From assembly GCF_009914755.1 (NCBI RefSeq), contig NC_060931.1: a stretch of DNA of 64,000 bases; one strand, given 5' to 3'. The position numbers and the translations under genes are program-made. The notes under the pieces are model-generated. The model searched no databases, was not told the origin of the DNA, and saw nothing but the letters and a program-made list of their open reading frames with translations. Shown piece after piece: positions 24,591 through 38,234 of the stretch (positions are counted from its first letter, which is position 1; each line of letters starts with the position of its first letter). This stretch comes from the human T2T-CHM13v2.0 reference genome, Homo sapiens.

Positions 24591-27449
24591 ACAACACAAT
24601 CACAGAAAATCATAGAAAATATACAGAAAATGGCATAAGCACTTTTTAGAACTATAAAAAATTCATTCTTATGTAGAAAAAATGCATTAAAATGGCAAAA
24701 GTGGTGATATCAATATGATGAAGGTATGGGTAATTTTTCCTTTATTTACATTTTTTAGTCTAAAATTATATTATTTTATGTTAAAAATGGAAAAAATGAA
24801 AATATAATTAAGCATACCAAAGAAAAAGTCACAAATCTCATCAACAACACTTTTCATATCAGAGTACCTTGTATATAGCATTTTAGGCAAATACATATTT
24901 ATTACACATTGTTTTTAATTATAGTATAGTAATTATAAATACATAAACAAATAATAAATAGAATCATCAAATATCTTATTAGTCATTATTAATCCTTTTA
25001 AGATGTTGTTAGCTGATTTTCCTTCTCTTGCTATTCCACTCCAAATTCCCACAATTATCCTCTAAAACACTAACAACAAATACATCATAATTTGCATCCT
25101 GTACTTGTGAATATTTCATCAACATCACCTTCTGGAAAGGCATCTTGCAAGAAAGCAATAAGTGCACTTTCAAGATGATCTCTCCCACACATATGTCATT
25201 TCACATCTACTCTCTATTCCTCTCTTGCTGCTACACCAAAAATATTGGAAATAAAAATATCAGATTCTTACGAACATGCATAAACCTACAGGGCATGTCT
25301 GTCAGAATATCCTCACGTATAGGTTACAGCCTGTCTAACGTCTGTTCAAAAAAAAAATGCAATTAGTTTCTGGAGGTCCAAAGTCAAATACATTGTCTTA
25401 GAAAGTAGTTTTAGAGCAAGCCACAAAGCTCTCTACTTGGTAATTTAAATGACTGACCGCTCAATTTATGTGCATTCCCAGCAATAAAATTCAGCCTGAA
25501 CTTACTAATAGCACATTTTATATGACAACGATGACAATTACAATCTATAGTTACTGCAGTCGCCCTTTGGTCTAGGGAAAAATGACAGTATTAATTATAC
25601 ACACTTGCCATTTATCAGACTTAAGTTGGCAGGTGATTGAGCTCAGCACCATCTCTAACTTGACTTCTACATTTACCATTTTCTAATCCACTGAAACGAA
25701 GATAATTAGAATAGAGAAAAATGAGTGGCTCCTTCTTTCACTGCCTTTATCCTTTATCTCTGATTTCTTATACAGTATAGTTCTTTTTTTTTTTTAATTT
25801 CTACAGCAACACAATTGTTTTATTGATATGCTTCATTTGAATGTTTACTGTATATTCAAATCTTGATATTAAATTACAACTTCCAGTTACAATGAACTGG
25901 AAGATAAAATCAATCAAAAAAGTAATTTGATAATATATGTTTATGATCCATTTATTGTGAAGCTCAGAAACAAAAGAAAAATCTGCCATTGTGGATACAA
26001 TTATGTAATAGATCAGTAATCTTACCTGTTTTTAAAATATATAACTTTAATAAAATTGACTTGATTCTCTCTCTTAACTGAGAAAGTTACTGACAATTAA
26101 AATACCTAGTCATTCATAATGGAGGAATAGAAAGAGCTAAATGTGACTAATATAGAGACAGTGGAAAGGCAAATAAAGCTACTGAGATAGGAAGGAGTAG
26201 TAAATGTGAGGGCTCTTACATATGCCGTAGTACAGGATTAGAATCTCATTAAATGAAGAGTTAATAAAGGGCTTTAAATGAGGGGTGATAAAATCTTAGC
26301 AACTCTGCATTGAAAAAAAAAAAAGAATCAAACTTTACACTCCCCAAATTCAGCTCAATTTCAGTAATATATGTAACATACCAAAATTTCCAAAGGGAAT
26401 CCCCACATTCCAAAAACTTTCAAGTTTTATTAAAGAACAATAAAACATCCTCATATTTAAATAGTAGGATTTTATGCTTCTTTTTTTTTTATAGTATGTC
26501 ATAATAATAAATTTTCATTTTTAATTTTCATGAATCTATAGTAGGTATATGTATTTATAGGGTACATGACATGTTCTTGAATCATATTAAATTTATGCCA
26601 CTTTGTTTAAAATCTTGCCATTGTTTACTTTCTAAACTCCATAACAAAAGGTATAATATTTCATACTGTAGCAAGGTGTCCTGTAGCACACAAAATTTTG
26701 GCTGTATGCAACTTTCACATTTTTATTTTATAACTTATTTTTATGTTTGGTCTATTTGGGGATCTTGGGTCCTTGTTACATGATTTTCACTTCTACTTTA
26801 TGTTACCAGTATATTGAGAACTAAAATTATTTTAAAACACGGAAAGCTATCTAAAAGGCTTGCTGTCTATTTTAGGACATAAAAATGTCTCTTGAACGGT
26901 TGTATTTTTATTCAAGCACGTCTTTATAATTTTTATTTAATCAGGTATCTGTCTTATTCAAGCTTCCTTTTTTTGGCCTCTATGGGCTTTTCAGATACAC
27001 AGTATGCCATTTAAGATTTATGACGATTATAAAATCATGCTTATCTGCTTCTGTGTTCAGGGCTCTACAACCTCTTCTCAGAAGGCTTAAAGAATTCCTA
27101 CTTACTGAACTCTTTTAGATGCATTCCTTCTGAATCTTCACAAAACTCTAAGAAATATTATCCCTGTTTTTGAATAAGAAAAAATTGGGGCTTAGAAAGT
27201 TTAAGCAACAGTGACACCTGAAATTAGTCCAGAATAAGCAACCAAAAGGTGTGGCTAGAGGTGTCATAAAGGTATAGATAAGCAGGGACCCTCAACCACT
27301 GCTATTTCTTTCTGACCCTGTAATTACCAGTCCAAAGCACCTGACAGGATAATACCAATCCAGAGAAAACCAAATAGGTAGGTCTTACAGATTTCCCATT
27401 TATAAAGGCAGTATGTTATACTGAAAAATTAATTATAAGTATAGTGGAG

Positions 27450-27762
27450 AGTATGGTCTGACTTATATCTGGAATCTAAAAAAGTTGAATGCAGAAACAG
27501 AGAATAGAATGCTGGTTTCCATGGGCTAGGCGGTTGGAAGAAATGAGGAGATGTTTGTCAAAGGACACTAACTTTCAGTTATGAGATGAATAAGCTCTAG
27601 GGATCTAATGTACAGCATGGTGACTACAGTTAATAACACTGTATTGCGTACTCGAAATTTGCTAAAAATGTTTAAATATTCTTAAATATTCTTACCACAA
27701 AAAAAGGGTAACCATGTGAGGTGATCAATGTGTTAACTTACCTGATTGTGGTAATAATTGTA

Positions 27763-27794
<32 letters not shown>

Positions 27795-27862
27795 CAAGTC
27801 ATCACATTGTACACCTGACATACCATATTATTTGTCAATTATGCCTCAATAAAGCTGGAAGT
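27450..27862 (+). mobile_element. L1MB(3-like) 3' end
   Basis: ggaatctaaaaaagttgaa...ggatctaatgtacagcatggtgactacagttaataa...cctcaataaagctgg. Confidence 0.88.
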
Positions 27863-28374
27863 TTTTTTTAAAATACATATATTCAAGAAAACTGGGACCA
27901 GAACTAATTCTATAGTTGCTTCCCACAAAATCTTTGGGAAGATTAACTTAATATCCTTGTACCTCAGTTTCTTCATTCACAAAAGTGATAGGATTGAATT
28001 ATACATCCTATAAAGTCTCTTTATTTCTTCAGTTCTTAATGCGACTGTGAAATCCTATACTGAAGTATGCAGAAAGGGGATATTTTCTTAAAACTTTAAT
28101 CAGTAGGAGCCCTACTCCTATGTTAAAGTTGCCAGTGGCAGAGTTTTCACAATGTAAGCAGCAGGACTCGATCTTAAATTTTTAATAGTGTGAAAACTGG
28201 CACGGGAGACAGAGGTGTGCCCTAAACCACTCCTGCATTGTTGAGGTAGGTTGAATCTGTTTGGGGGACTGGTCTTGTCCTTTTTCTGAGAAGGACTAAT
28301 TAGTTGAGCATTTTGGTTAGGCATATGTAAGAAATTCCTTATACAATTTTTTGAGGAAAATTTAAACCAGTGAA

Positions 28375-28874
28375 TATGGCAGACTGCCACAGTTACTACT
28401 TGAGATTGTCACTACGACAGATACTACTGTTACTACTTGAGACCATCATTACAAGACTGAACGAAGGGGGACTAACGCAGAAATGAAAACTTAACACAAA
28501 AGAAATTGTTTTAAAAAGGGGGGCCAGGGGAAGAAGAAGAGAGCTCCCTTCTTCTAGTGAGCAAAGGCAGCCGCCTGAGCCTCTACAGCCCCTTGTATTT
28601 ATTGGATAGAAAGAGCAGGGAGGAGGAGGTAACTATTGGTCAGCTGCTTGATTGATCACAGGTTCACATGATTGCTAACAGGCTTCAGATTTGCCTAATC
28701 ACGAGAAACACTTGTGCCTGGGTCGTGACTACCCTCAGCATTCCTTCTGGGCAGGAGATGCAGTTTGTCAGTTTGCCAGCGCCCTGCTTTCATGAGAACA
28801 GTTTTCTGTTTATTCATATAGCCTCCAGTGGTATACTGAGTTGATCACGACCCTCACTCTTTTGGCCTGCAGCA
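28375..28874 (-). mobile_element. LTR10C-type solo LTR (HERV-I family)
   Basis: Reverse strand agagtgagggtcgtgatcaactcagtataccactggaggctatatg; both flanks read agtgaa. Confidence 0.85.
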
Positions 28875-29331
28875 AGTGAAGTAGCTAACTGTAGATGCTT
28901 CAGATTAAGATTTTAGGTATATTCTGTTTAAACTCTGTACAGGCAAATCTTCTCTTTTGTATGACTGTGACTTTAGATAAAATTGTCCCTGAAAATATCG
29001 TTTGTTCTGGGAACAGACATGCATGCACAGAAGGCATGCATGTTGGTTCCCACATTCTGTGCATACATAAACAAGACACACATGCACAGAAGGCATCTTT
29101 ACAGAAGAACATACCTTCCTTGAACATATGGGCTTTCAAGGAGTTGTGAGACCAGAGTCAGAAGGGACTTCAAGGCTTTTTTTTCTCTTCACTTCACATC
29201 AAAGGTAGAATAAAAGGCCAAGTTAGTGTACTCTGTTTAGTAGATTTTGAGTGAAGAGCACAACCTTTTAGAAGGTCCTATTGATTTTGCCTAGAACTTG
29301 GAGAACAGAGTCTAACATCTCTATAATTCCC

Positions 29332-29465
29332 TATGATAGGCAGAATAATGCCCCCCACAAAGATGTCTACTTCATAACTCCTGAAAGCTGTGACTGTTAC
29401 ATGGCAAAAGGGACTTAGCAGATATGATTAAGCTAAAAATCTTGAGTAGGAGAGATTATCCTTGC
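29332..29465 (+). mobile_element. MLT1C/D LTR 5' fragment
   Basis: ggcagaataatgccccccacaaagatgtc...acatggcaaaagggacttagcagatatgattaag. Confidence 0.8.
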
Positions 29466-29674
29466 TCTGAGATCAAAAATAGCAGAGCATAGGTACCAAA
29501 GTGAGAAACTTCAAAATTAAGGGTTCCCCATCCTGGGAAAGATTCCTACCACATGGCATCCGGCCAGAGGTTAAGTCCCTTTTTTTTTTTCTGTTCCACC
29601 AAGACTACAGTAAAGTTTTTGGAAACACCAAAGGGAATTGAGAGAGCAACAAACGCTGTAAATACATCGTGAGG

Positions 29675-30015
29675 TATACGAGAGTTATCCAGAGAAACAA
29701 AGACAATGGGATATATAGACATTGATATTGATACAGATAAAATGAGAAATTGGTTGGCATAATTATGAAGGTTGAGGAGCCCCACAATCTGGTTGTCTGA
29801 AAGCTGGAGACCCAGGAAAGTTTGGTGGTGTAGTTCAGTCCCAGTCCAAAGGCATGAGAATGAGGAGAGTTGATGGCATAAATCTGAGTTCAAGGAAGGA
29901 GAAGACCAATATCCCAACTCAAAAAGTCAGTCAAAAAAGGGAAAATTTTCCCTTCCTCTGTCTCTTGGCAAACTTTTATTAGATCGGATGATGCCCACCC
30001 ATGCTGGAGCAGATT
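29675..30015 (-). mobile_element. MLT2 LTR (3' LTR of the adjacent ERVL)
   Basis: tccagagaaacaaagacaat...aagctggagacccaggaaag...gatgatgcccaccca. Confidence 0.85.
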
Positions 30016-30392
30016 CAATTCAATAGTTATTGTGTCACCTGGTGGAAGCATTCCTCCCTATGGAACCAAAACCTCTAGGCCAACAGAGCATATAACAAAG
30101 TCATGAGAAAACAGAAAGCAAAAACGTTGCTAGTGGGTAACTAGGAATAATAGTGGTGCCACTCTCATTTCTACCCCTTGATGCCCGGTTCAGTGAATTC
30201 TAGTTAGGGGAGAAATTGTACCATACATTGGATCTTGATTCAGAGCATATATAGCCTACTGGAGAAGCTTGCCCCAGTCCTGCAAAATAACGTCACCCAG
30301 TGGGTGCTGTGAGTCTTCAAAAGGCTTTCTACTGCTCTGTCAAATCAGCTGCTTTAGGATGGTGGGGAACATGTAAAGACCAGTGAATTCCA

Positions 30393-31614
30393 ATAACAAA
30401 TATATGGACTCAACATAGATGTCCATCAACAGTGAACTGGATAAAGAAAATGTGCTAATATGTTAGGGGTAGAAGGTATCCAATTCACATGGCACCAAAA
30501 TGTTAGATGTGGTGAATATCAGAATGACTGATGGGTCTGAAGCAACCTCAATTCTTGCCTCCTCTGAAGAAACAATTCAATAAGGGGCATAAGGCAGAAA
30601 AAGAGACTGAGGCAAGTTTCAGAGCAGGAGTGGAAGTTTATTAAGAAGCTTTAGAGAAGGAAAGTACACTTGGAAGAGACCCAAGTGGGTGACTTGAAGG
30701 ACAAGTGCCCCATTTAACCTTGATCCTAGGACTTTATATGCTGGCCCACTTCTGGCATCTCACGCCCCTTTCCCTTCATTCTTCTCTAAGAGTGAGCCAC
30801 CCACAATGAGCTTGGGAGGTGAGCATGTGCAGTGTATTTAGGAAGCTGTACACATACCCAACTGAGGCTTTCTTCCCTTTTCTGGTGGAATGCCTCCAGT
30901 AGGTCATACTCTACCATTTTATCTCTTAATGTGCAAGCCTGAGCTCACTTGTCAAATTACTGAGATTTTTATTGAAAGTTGATTACCAATTTCAAGTGTT
31001 TTTATCTGTTTCAGAAATTGCTTCTCCCTGGTGCCTGCAATTAATTATCACTTTAGTGTGACAACTGTGGACCATCAGGAAATTGCATCTGCCTGGTGCT
31101 GGCTGCCTATTATCATTTTTAGAGAGGCAGTGTGATAATTGTCAAACCATCATTGGTCGCCTAACATTGATGGTCACCTGACATTCCTGTTGGGTGTGCA
31201 GGGTGCCCTCTGCTCATGCCTAACTACCTGTAACACATATACACCATGGAATACTACCCAGTCATAAAAAAAGTGAGATCATATCCTTTGCAGCAATGAT
31301 GGAGTTAGAGGCCATTATTGTAAGTAAGAAAATGCAAGAACAGAAAACCAAATACCAAATGTTATTACTTATAAGTGGGAGCTAAACACTGAAGACACAA
31401 AACACAATGAAGGGAACAATAAACACTAGTGCCTATTTGAGGGTAGAGAGTTGGAGGAAGGTAGGGATGGAAAAACTACCTTTCAGGTACTATGCTCACT
31501 ACCTGGGTAATGAAATAATCTCTACACCAAATCCCCATAACACACGATTTACCCATGTTACAAACCTGCACATGTGCCCCCTGAACCTAAAATAAAAGTT
31601 GAAAAGAAAAAAAA
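30393..31614 (+). mobile_element. L1PA15/16-like 3' end with an 18-bp TSD
   Basis: TSD aaagaccagtgaattcca at 30375-30392 and 31615-31632; A tail; itself split by MER50. Confidence 0.92.
30461..31235 (-). mobile_element. MER50-family ERV1 solo LTR
   Basis: TG...CA termini, TSD aata/cata; ctgaggcaagtttcagagcaggagtggaagtttatta; ctgctcatgcctaactacctgtaaca. Confidence 0.88.
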
Positions 31615-32688
31615 AAAGACCAGTGAATTCCATAAGTATGGGTCCATTACCGTACTTCTTTTGCTGTGAAGTTCCTTGATCAGAAGTAATGCGATGTGAA
31701 ATAACCATGGAGGTAGATAAGGAATCTTTTTAAGTTCACAGATGGTGGTTCTGTTAGAAACATTGCATGCAAAAAAGGCAAGTCCATACCCAGAGTGTCT
31801 ATTCCAGTAAGAACAAAAGTCTGCCCCTTCCATGGATAGAAGCAGTCCAATATAAACAATTCGTCATGAGATAGCTGGCTGATCACTGTGGAAATTGATG
31901 CCATACTGGAGACTCATTGTTGGTCTCCGCTGCTGGCAGATTCAGCACTCAGCCATGGTCATAGCCAAGTCAACCTTGGTTAGTGGAAGTCCAGGTTGCT
32001 GAGGCCGTACATAACCTCTGTCTCTGCCATCATGACCACTTTCTTCATAAGCTCATTGGGTAATGACACGGTGGCTTGGGAAACAGAGCAAAACCAATTG
32101 TCCTACACAAATAGGCATTCCATAAGTGAAAGAAAAGGAAAATTATTATTACTTCTTTTTTTGCATAAAAGGGAAAGAGACAGTTGTCTCCTTCTTCTCC
32201 ATAATGGCTTCCTTAAAAATATAATGAGCCTGAGTCTTTACCTCCACCCTTTGGTATCTAAATAAAATCTCTCTAGGAGCCAGATACTCCCATTTGTCTC
32301 AGGTTTTCTGACCTGACAACGTCTCCAAGGTCTGAAAGTTCATTTTTTTCTGAAATACAAATACCCATAAAGATAGCGTTTTAGTCCCTCAGGCACCCTG
32401 AGGATTAACCTAGGGACCAGTCCCAGCTGTAACTATTTAGCCTGCATAGAAGATATAAAAGGAATTATAATTTTTTGAGATCAGAGCAGTTAACTAGACA
32501 AATGGCTACAATCTAATTATTATGGTATATGAAAAGTAAAATACTTCTGAGGGACATGAACACAAATACTCCCTACTTATTTTATACACATTTCCATGTC
32601 TCAGGTAGCTAGGGTTTTTTGCAGAAGCACTGAGAAATCCAAGCAATTTTTTATTTTTCCACCATTTTCTACCCCTCGCCTGCATCTG

Positions 32689-33190
32689 TTTGTTTTTAAT
32701 TTTAGGTTTGGGAGTATGTGTGAAGATTTGTCACATACATAAACACATGTCGGCGGTGGGGAGTTGTTGTACATATCATTACATCACCCAGGTACCCAGG
32801 TATTAAGCTCAGTACCCAATAGTTATTTTTTCTGCTAGTCTCCTCCTTCCTGCCACCCCCCGGCCCCAAGTAGACCCCAGTGTCTGTTATTTTCTTCTTG
32901 GTGTTCATAAGTTCTTATCATTTAGCTCTCACTTATAAGTGAGAACATGCAGTATTTGGTTTTCTGTTCCTATGTTAGTTTGCCAAGGATGATAGCTTCC
33001 AGCTCCATCCCTGTTTCCACAAAAGACATGATCTCATTCTTTTTTATGGCTGCATAATATTCCATGATGTATATGCACCACATTTTCTTTATCCAATCCG
33101 TCATTGATGGGCATTTAGGTTGATTCCATGTCTTTGCTATTGTGAACAGTGCTGAAATGAACATTCACATGCATATCTTTATGGCAGAAT
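32689..33190 (-). mobile_element. L1PA13-like 3' end inserted in MER5A
   Basis: ORF2 C-terminus MFISALFTIAKTWNQPKCPS; TSD cctcgcctgcatctg / cctagactgcatctg. Confidence 0.9.
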
Positions 33191-33372
33191 CCTAGACTGC
33201 ATCTGAATCACCTGAAGGGCCTGTGAAAATTCAGACTGCTATTCCCTCCTGACCCCCAAGCACAAACTTCTAATTCAGCAATTCAGAGGTGGTGTCTGAG
33301 AACCTGTATTTCCACCAAGCTCTCAGGTCATGCTGATGCTGCTTGTCAAGGACCACACTTTGAAAACTACTT
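33191..33372. mobile_element. MER5A
   Basis: ctgcatctgaatcacctg...ggtcatgctgatgctgc...gaccacactttgaaaactact. Confidence 0.85.
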
Positions 33373-35234
33373 ATTTATACCAGTCATAAGTGGCTTCAGG
33401 TTTCATGGAGACTGAAATTTATAAAAACTTAAGAGCCACATTTAGTTTATAAATGCAAGGCTAGATTTAGGAACCGAAATGGGCCTTTGCAAATCAGGTA
33501 CCATAAAGCTTTGACTCCATTACTCCACAGTAAATGTTCTGACAATGATGAAATACAATAGAGGCTTTAAAAATTACCTAATTTACATAAATTTTGTAGA
33601 TATACCTGAGATTCATTTTGACAACATAAATAGGAAATAATAACATTCATGAAATAACCACTCATTTACTTGAAGAATTTTAAAGAAATTATGAATGAGA
33701 ATCATCTTGCTCTTTAGTAAACAAATGAGAGACAGATCTTTATCTTTGGTCAATGGAATTTTCCTGATTGTACAGTGTCTAAAAATATTTACACATCATT
33801 GGCTGGAAAACTATTACACTGGCATAGAAGAAATATCAGCAGCTAGTGGCTCAATTGAGGGCACTTGAATCTTATTCACAGTATGACCATGCCCAAAATA
33901 TTGACCTTTTATGAAGCTATATTTCTTTTCACTATAACCAGGCTCAAATACTATTTTAGAATAACAACATTCAACAAGCGGTTTTGAGCTTTCAGTTTAC
34001 CAGTGTGAGCTTCTAACATACCCCCATTTTCTAAAAATGAAAGAAGAAAAAAAGCTGTATGTCATTTTCCCCAAAATGGTCTCTCTTACATAAGAAGAAA
34101 AGATCATAGAAATCATTCTTTAAATCATTTATGTTTTTAATTTTAGAGGCCAGTTAAAACAGAAAGAAAAATGTATTGAAATATGTACTGGTATTTATAT
34201 TATTTTTAAAAGCATATTTAACATGTCTTCTAATAAATCCCAACCATTCTACAGAAGGTCTCAAAATGTCTTTATACTTGTAAAAATATCAGCTGAAAAA
34301 TCAGCTTTTTTTTTTTTCCTGCCCAGGTCTCAGAAAAATGTCTTGCAAAAAACAAGCTAACCTCACCTCTTCAAATGTTTCCTGCCAACCCCATTGATTT
34401 CATGGAGGGCCCCTGGGTTCGGAGAATAAAAAGCAACCCAGATGGTTTTAAAAAGTATGGGATCTGACTTTAAAGTGTCTAAATTAGATGAGTGAGATGC
34501 ATCCTACCCTCTACACTGAACAAAGAACAAATCAACACAACCATTTCATGAAACTTCAAAAGCCTGCAGCTTTCACTCAAGCTACAGGTTTTCCCACTAC
34601 AGAATGAAAGCTACATGTGTCCAGTTATGGCAGAGTTCTAGAATAAGAAATGGACAGAAAAATCAATTTATTGAACACTCTGACCCAACTTTGAAGTGCA
34701 ATGTAGCAAAAGCATTTTAGTACAAACCTATAACAAAGGTCTCTGATCAGCCTACAGAATGTCTTTGGGTGTAATAAGGAGCAAAACGGAAGGGGATCAG
34801 GAATTAGTGATTATCTGACTGGTTTGACCTACACAGATGTCCCAGATTTTAATCCAAGCCAGAGTTAAGCTGTTTGGGTTTTTATTTTTTATCTGAAAAA
34901 TTCTCCCCCATGAAAACAGAGGCAGATATATTCTTGTGATTATTTTCTGCCCACTAAGATTACGTGGTTTTAAAGTCCTTTCAAACAGTGATTGAACTGG
35001 TTGTCCCGGTAAACACACTCAGACTGTGAGCATCCCCATCAGACCTGAACTTCCTCAGAGGTTAAGATTATATTTTATTAATCTATCTAAAGGACTTCAT
35101 ATTTCCTGGCACACAAATGGGGGAGAGTAATTATTTAAAACATGAATAAGTAAATACATAAAATATTGACTAAATTAGAATGAGAAGAGTAACATGCATA
35201 TAAAATTTTAAAATTCCAGAATAGGTTTTTTTTC

Positions 35235-35748
35235 AGAATGGTTGACAAATAAATGTTGTATCTATACACAGTGGACTATTATTCAGCCATTTAAAGAATG
35301 AAATCCTGTCATTTGCAACTACACAGATAGAACTGGAAGATATTATGTTAAATAAGCCAGGCACAGAAAAACAAATTTTGCATTTTCCCACTCATATGTA
35401 GGAGATAAGCTTTTTTATAAAATTTGAACTCAAGGAGGTGGAGAGTAGAATGATGGTTACCAGGGGCTGGGAAGGAGGGCAGGGAGAAAGGGATAAAGTG
35501 GGGATACTTAATAAGTACAAAAATATAGTCAGACAGAATGAAAAAAATCTAGCATTCGATTGCACAATAGGGTGGCTATAGTTGATAACAATTTATTTTA
35601 TATTTTAAAGTAACTAAAAGAGTGGAATTGGAATGTTCCTAACATGAAGAAATAATAAATGCTTGAGGCTTGAGGTGATGAATACCTCAATTACCCTTAT
35701 TTGATCATTAAACATTATATGGCTGTGTCAAAACATCACATGTAGCCC

Positions 35749-35803
<55 letters not shown>

Positions 35804-35848
35804 ACTATTACATGCCAGAATAATTAAAAAGTAAAATTAAAAAAAAAT
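35235..35848 (+). mobile_element. L1MA2/3-like 3' end with internal (TG)n(TA)n
   Basis: gaatgaaatcctgtcatttgc...aaaagagtggaattggaatgttcctaac; candidate TSD ttccagaatag / ttccagaacag. Confidence 0.88.
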
Positions 35849-38234
35849 GAAACATAAGTTCCAGAACAGTGGAGGATGATCAGGATAAGTTCTCTAGTCT
35901 CTGATTTTTATTATTCTAATAATCAATCTGAGGCCCCTTCAATTGCAGTCATAGGCCCGGGAAAATGAAAAAGGGAGTAAGAGTTGATATGCAATTGGGA
36001 TGTAACAAAACAAGTTCATTTGTTTGCATGTTGGTTAAAATCCTTGTAAGCATTTCTCAACCCCAGACATTTCTACGGATTTATCTTAAAGTGAGTTTGC
36101 TGTATACTTTTTACCTCAGTATCTTGAACCAAAAAATATTCTTAAAATGTCCCGGTTGGGACTGACAAACTCATTTTCCATTCAAAAGGTATGAAGTTTT
36201 TATGTATGCACAGACGTATTTGCACATACATACACACACATACATACATACATACATGCATAGTTGAGGTTAAGAAACAAACATGAGAGAGAAAAGGGAA
36301 TAGAAATAAACAAACAAATAGAATTTTAAAACAAGGGAATTTTGAAAGACTCACTGAGAAAAGTTTCCTTTATTATGCCTTAGATTAATAATAATAATAA
36401 GGTAGTTTATTCCAGGGTTTATAATATTATAAATTTCAGAAAAACCTGGGGCTCTATAGTTGGATCCGAAAAAGCATCCTTACTATAAAAAGCATAATCA
36501 GTGTTCACTGGAGTAGTCTGCTATTAAAAACAATTTGAGACTTGCATTTCTATGATCATTATGAAAAACAGACTAAAAACAAATATTAAGAAATACTTTA
36601 TTGGTCTGACCTCAACTGATTTTCTTACTTGGTGCTTCTGAGAAGTATTTATTTATTTATTTAGCTATTTATTGCTATGTATATTTGAACAAGGTGTCTC
36701 CAAATATTTACGAAGAAAAGCAATTTAGATTTGTTTTGTTTTATTCTTTGGTAAATATAGATGTATCTTCATAATGAAGTATTAGAATATTAGTTGGCAT
36801 AAAGAAATGTAATCAGCATTAACTAAGGATTTGATATTCTCATTGCTACCTAACCAAATGTTTACTGTCTGACTTTGAACGTCTTGGTGTGTGTTGATTC
36901 AGTAAGATTCTAGTGCCTTGGCAAGTAGAGAACTGTTGGAAACCACACAGTCTGTATGTCAGTCTTTTACAATTGATACAAATAGGGCCTTCCTTACCCA
37001 AGAGAAAATTTAAGTATCATTTGTGATACTTTATGATGTTCTCATAATATGCATGCAGTACTTTAATGGGATTAATTTAAGGGATTTGTTTTTAGTTTTA
37101 CACTTAAGTTGTGTTATAAAGTATGCATTTTCAGAGAGATAATCATAATTAAAAGTTTAAGGCATAATCATGATCAAAAACACTTTTGGTATAAGAAGAA
37201 TACTGGATAAAAATTAAGAGAAAAAATATGCAACAGAAAAACTCTTTGTTTTCATAAACCCATACAGCTTTCTAAGGAGAGTTGACCTTAGTAATGAAAA
37301 GATTATTTTTTTGTTGAACACGGAGCTGGATAAGAATTTCGTAGGTGGGATAAATTGTTCTCTATAATAAGAAAGCAGAATTTCCAATGCCCTGGAGAAA
37401 TCCAGGAGGCAAAGATGCTGAAGCCCAGGGAGCCAAGATACCCTTCTCCCACATACTCTATCCCATCTCCTCCCCTAACACACCTGCCATATGATGTGTG
37501 GGAGTTAAAAGAGATTTTGAAGAGCAAAAGGATTTTAAGCCATTTTCTATGTGATACATGATATAAACCTCCTTGTCTATATCATCATCAGAAAATAACA
37601 CATTTCGCAATTAATGTTCCCATTTTATTGGTTTCTCTGGGGGTATCCCAGAGTGGAATTGAGGTGGCCTTTGACCTCTAAGTTTTATGTGTATTACAGA
37701 AACTCTTACTTGATTTTTTATTAAAAGAAACTGGTTATAAATTACTAATAGCCATGTAACAGATGTAAACATGCTTGAGCCTTACCTGACATTTAATTGA
37801 ATATTGTGAACATGTATAAACATACTCAAGTGTACACATACCAAATTTTTTAAAAGACCAATGCAAAGTGACAAACTTAATAATTCATATCACCATGCAC
37901 AAGTTCAACTATATGCATAGGAAGGACAGGAGAAATTTCATTCCAAGGTCTGGGCAATGTCAAAGTAACCTGTCAGAACTTCTTAATGCATTGATAGTTT
38001 CCAATGTGTAAAACTGTGATATATCAATTTTAGGTCTCTCTATTTTAAAATGATTTTTGAGACAATTCAACTATATTTGAAAATGAAACCAAGACTTTTG
38101 TGGAGTCCCTCAAACATGGACTTGCTAAGACCAGAATTTGAAACAACTTTGCTCAGCGATGCAGGCAATGAAGGGTATTGCAAGGCATGCTACCTTCTCA
38201 GAGAGTATAACCCACTGTGCTGTGGAAATCAGAG

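Larger units (their letters stand above)
30016..32120 (-). mobile_element. ERVL internal pol (integrase/dUTPase region), split by an L1 at 30393-31614
   Basis: Degraded HHCC zinc finger near 31940-32055 and WKGQTFVLTGIDT integrase core; tgtcacctggtggaagcattcctcc near the dUTPase-like region. Confidence 0.85.

Noticed and set aside
25880-25903. Hairpin as an iron-responsive element
   Set aside because: The loop is CAUUGU rather than CAGUGN and there is no C bulge.
28375-28874. p53 or AP-1 enhancer in the LTR10
   Set aside because: Other LTR10 copies carry such sites, but I found no intact paired RRRCWWGYYY or TGAGTCA here.
29604-29673. Plus-strand exon after a T tract (aag|...gag|gtatac)
   Set aside because: Weak donor at an LTR edge and no supporting context.
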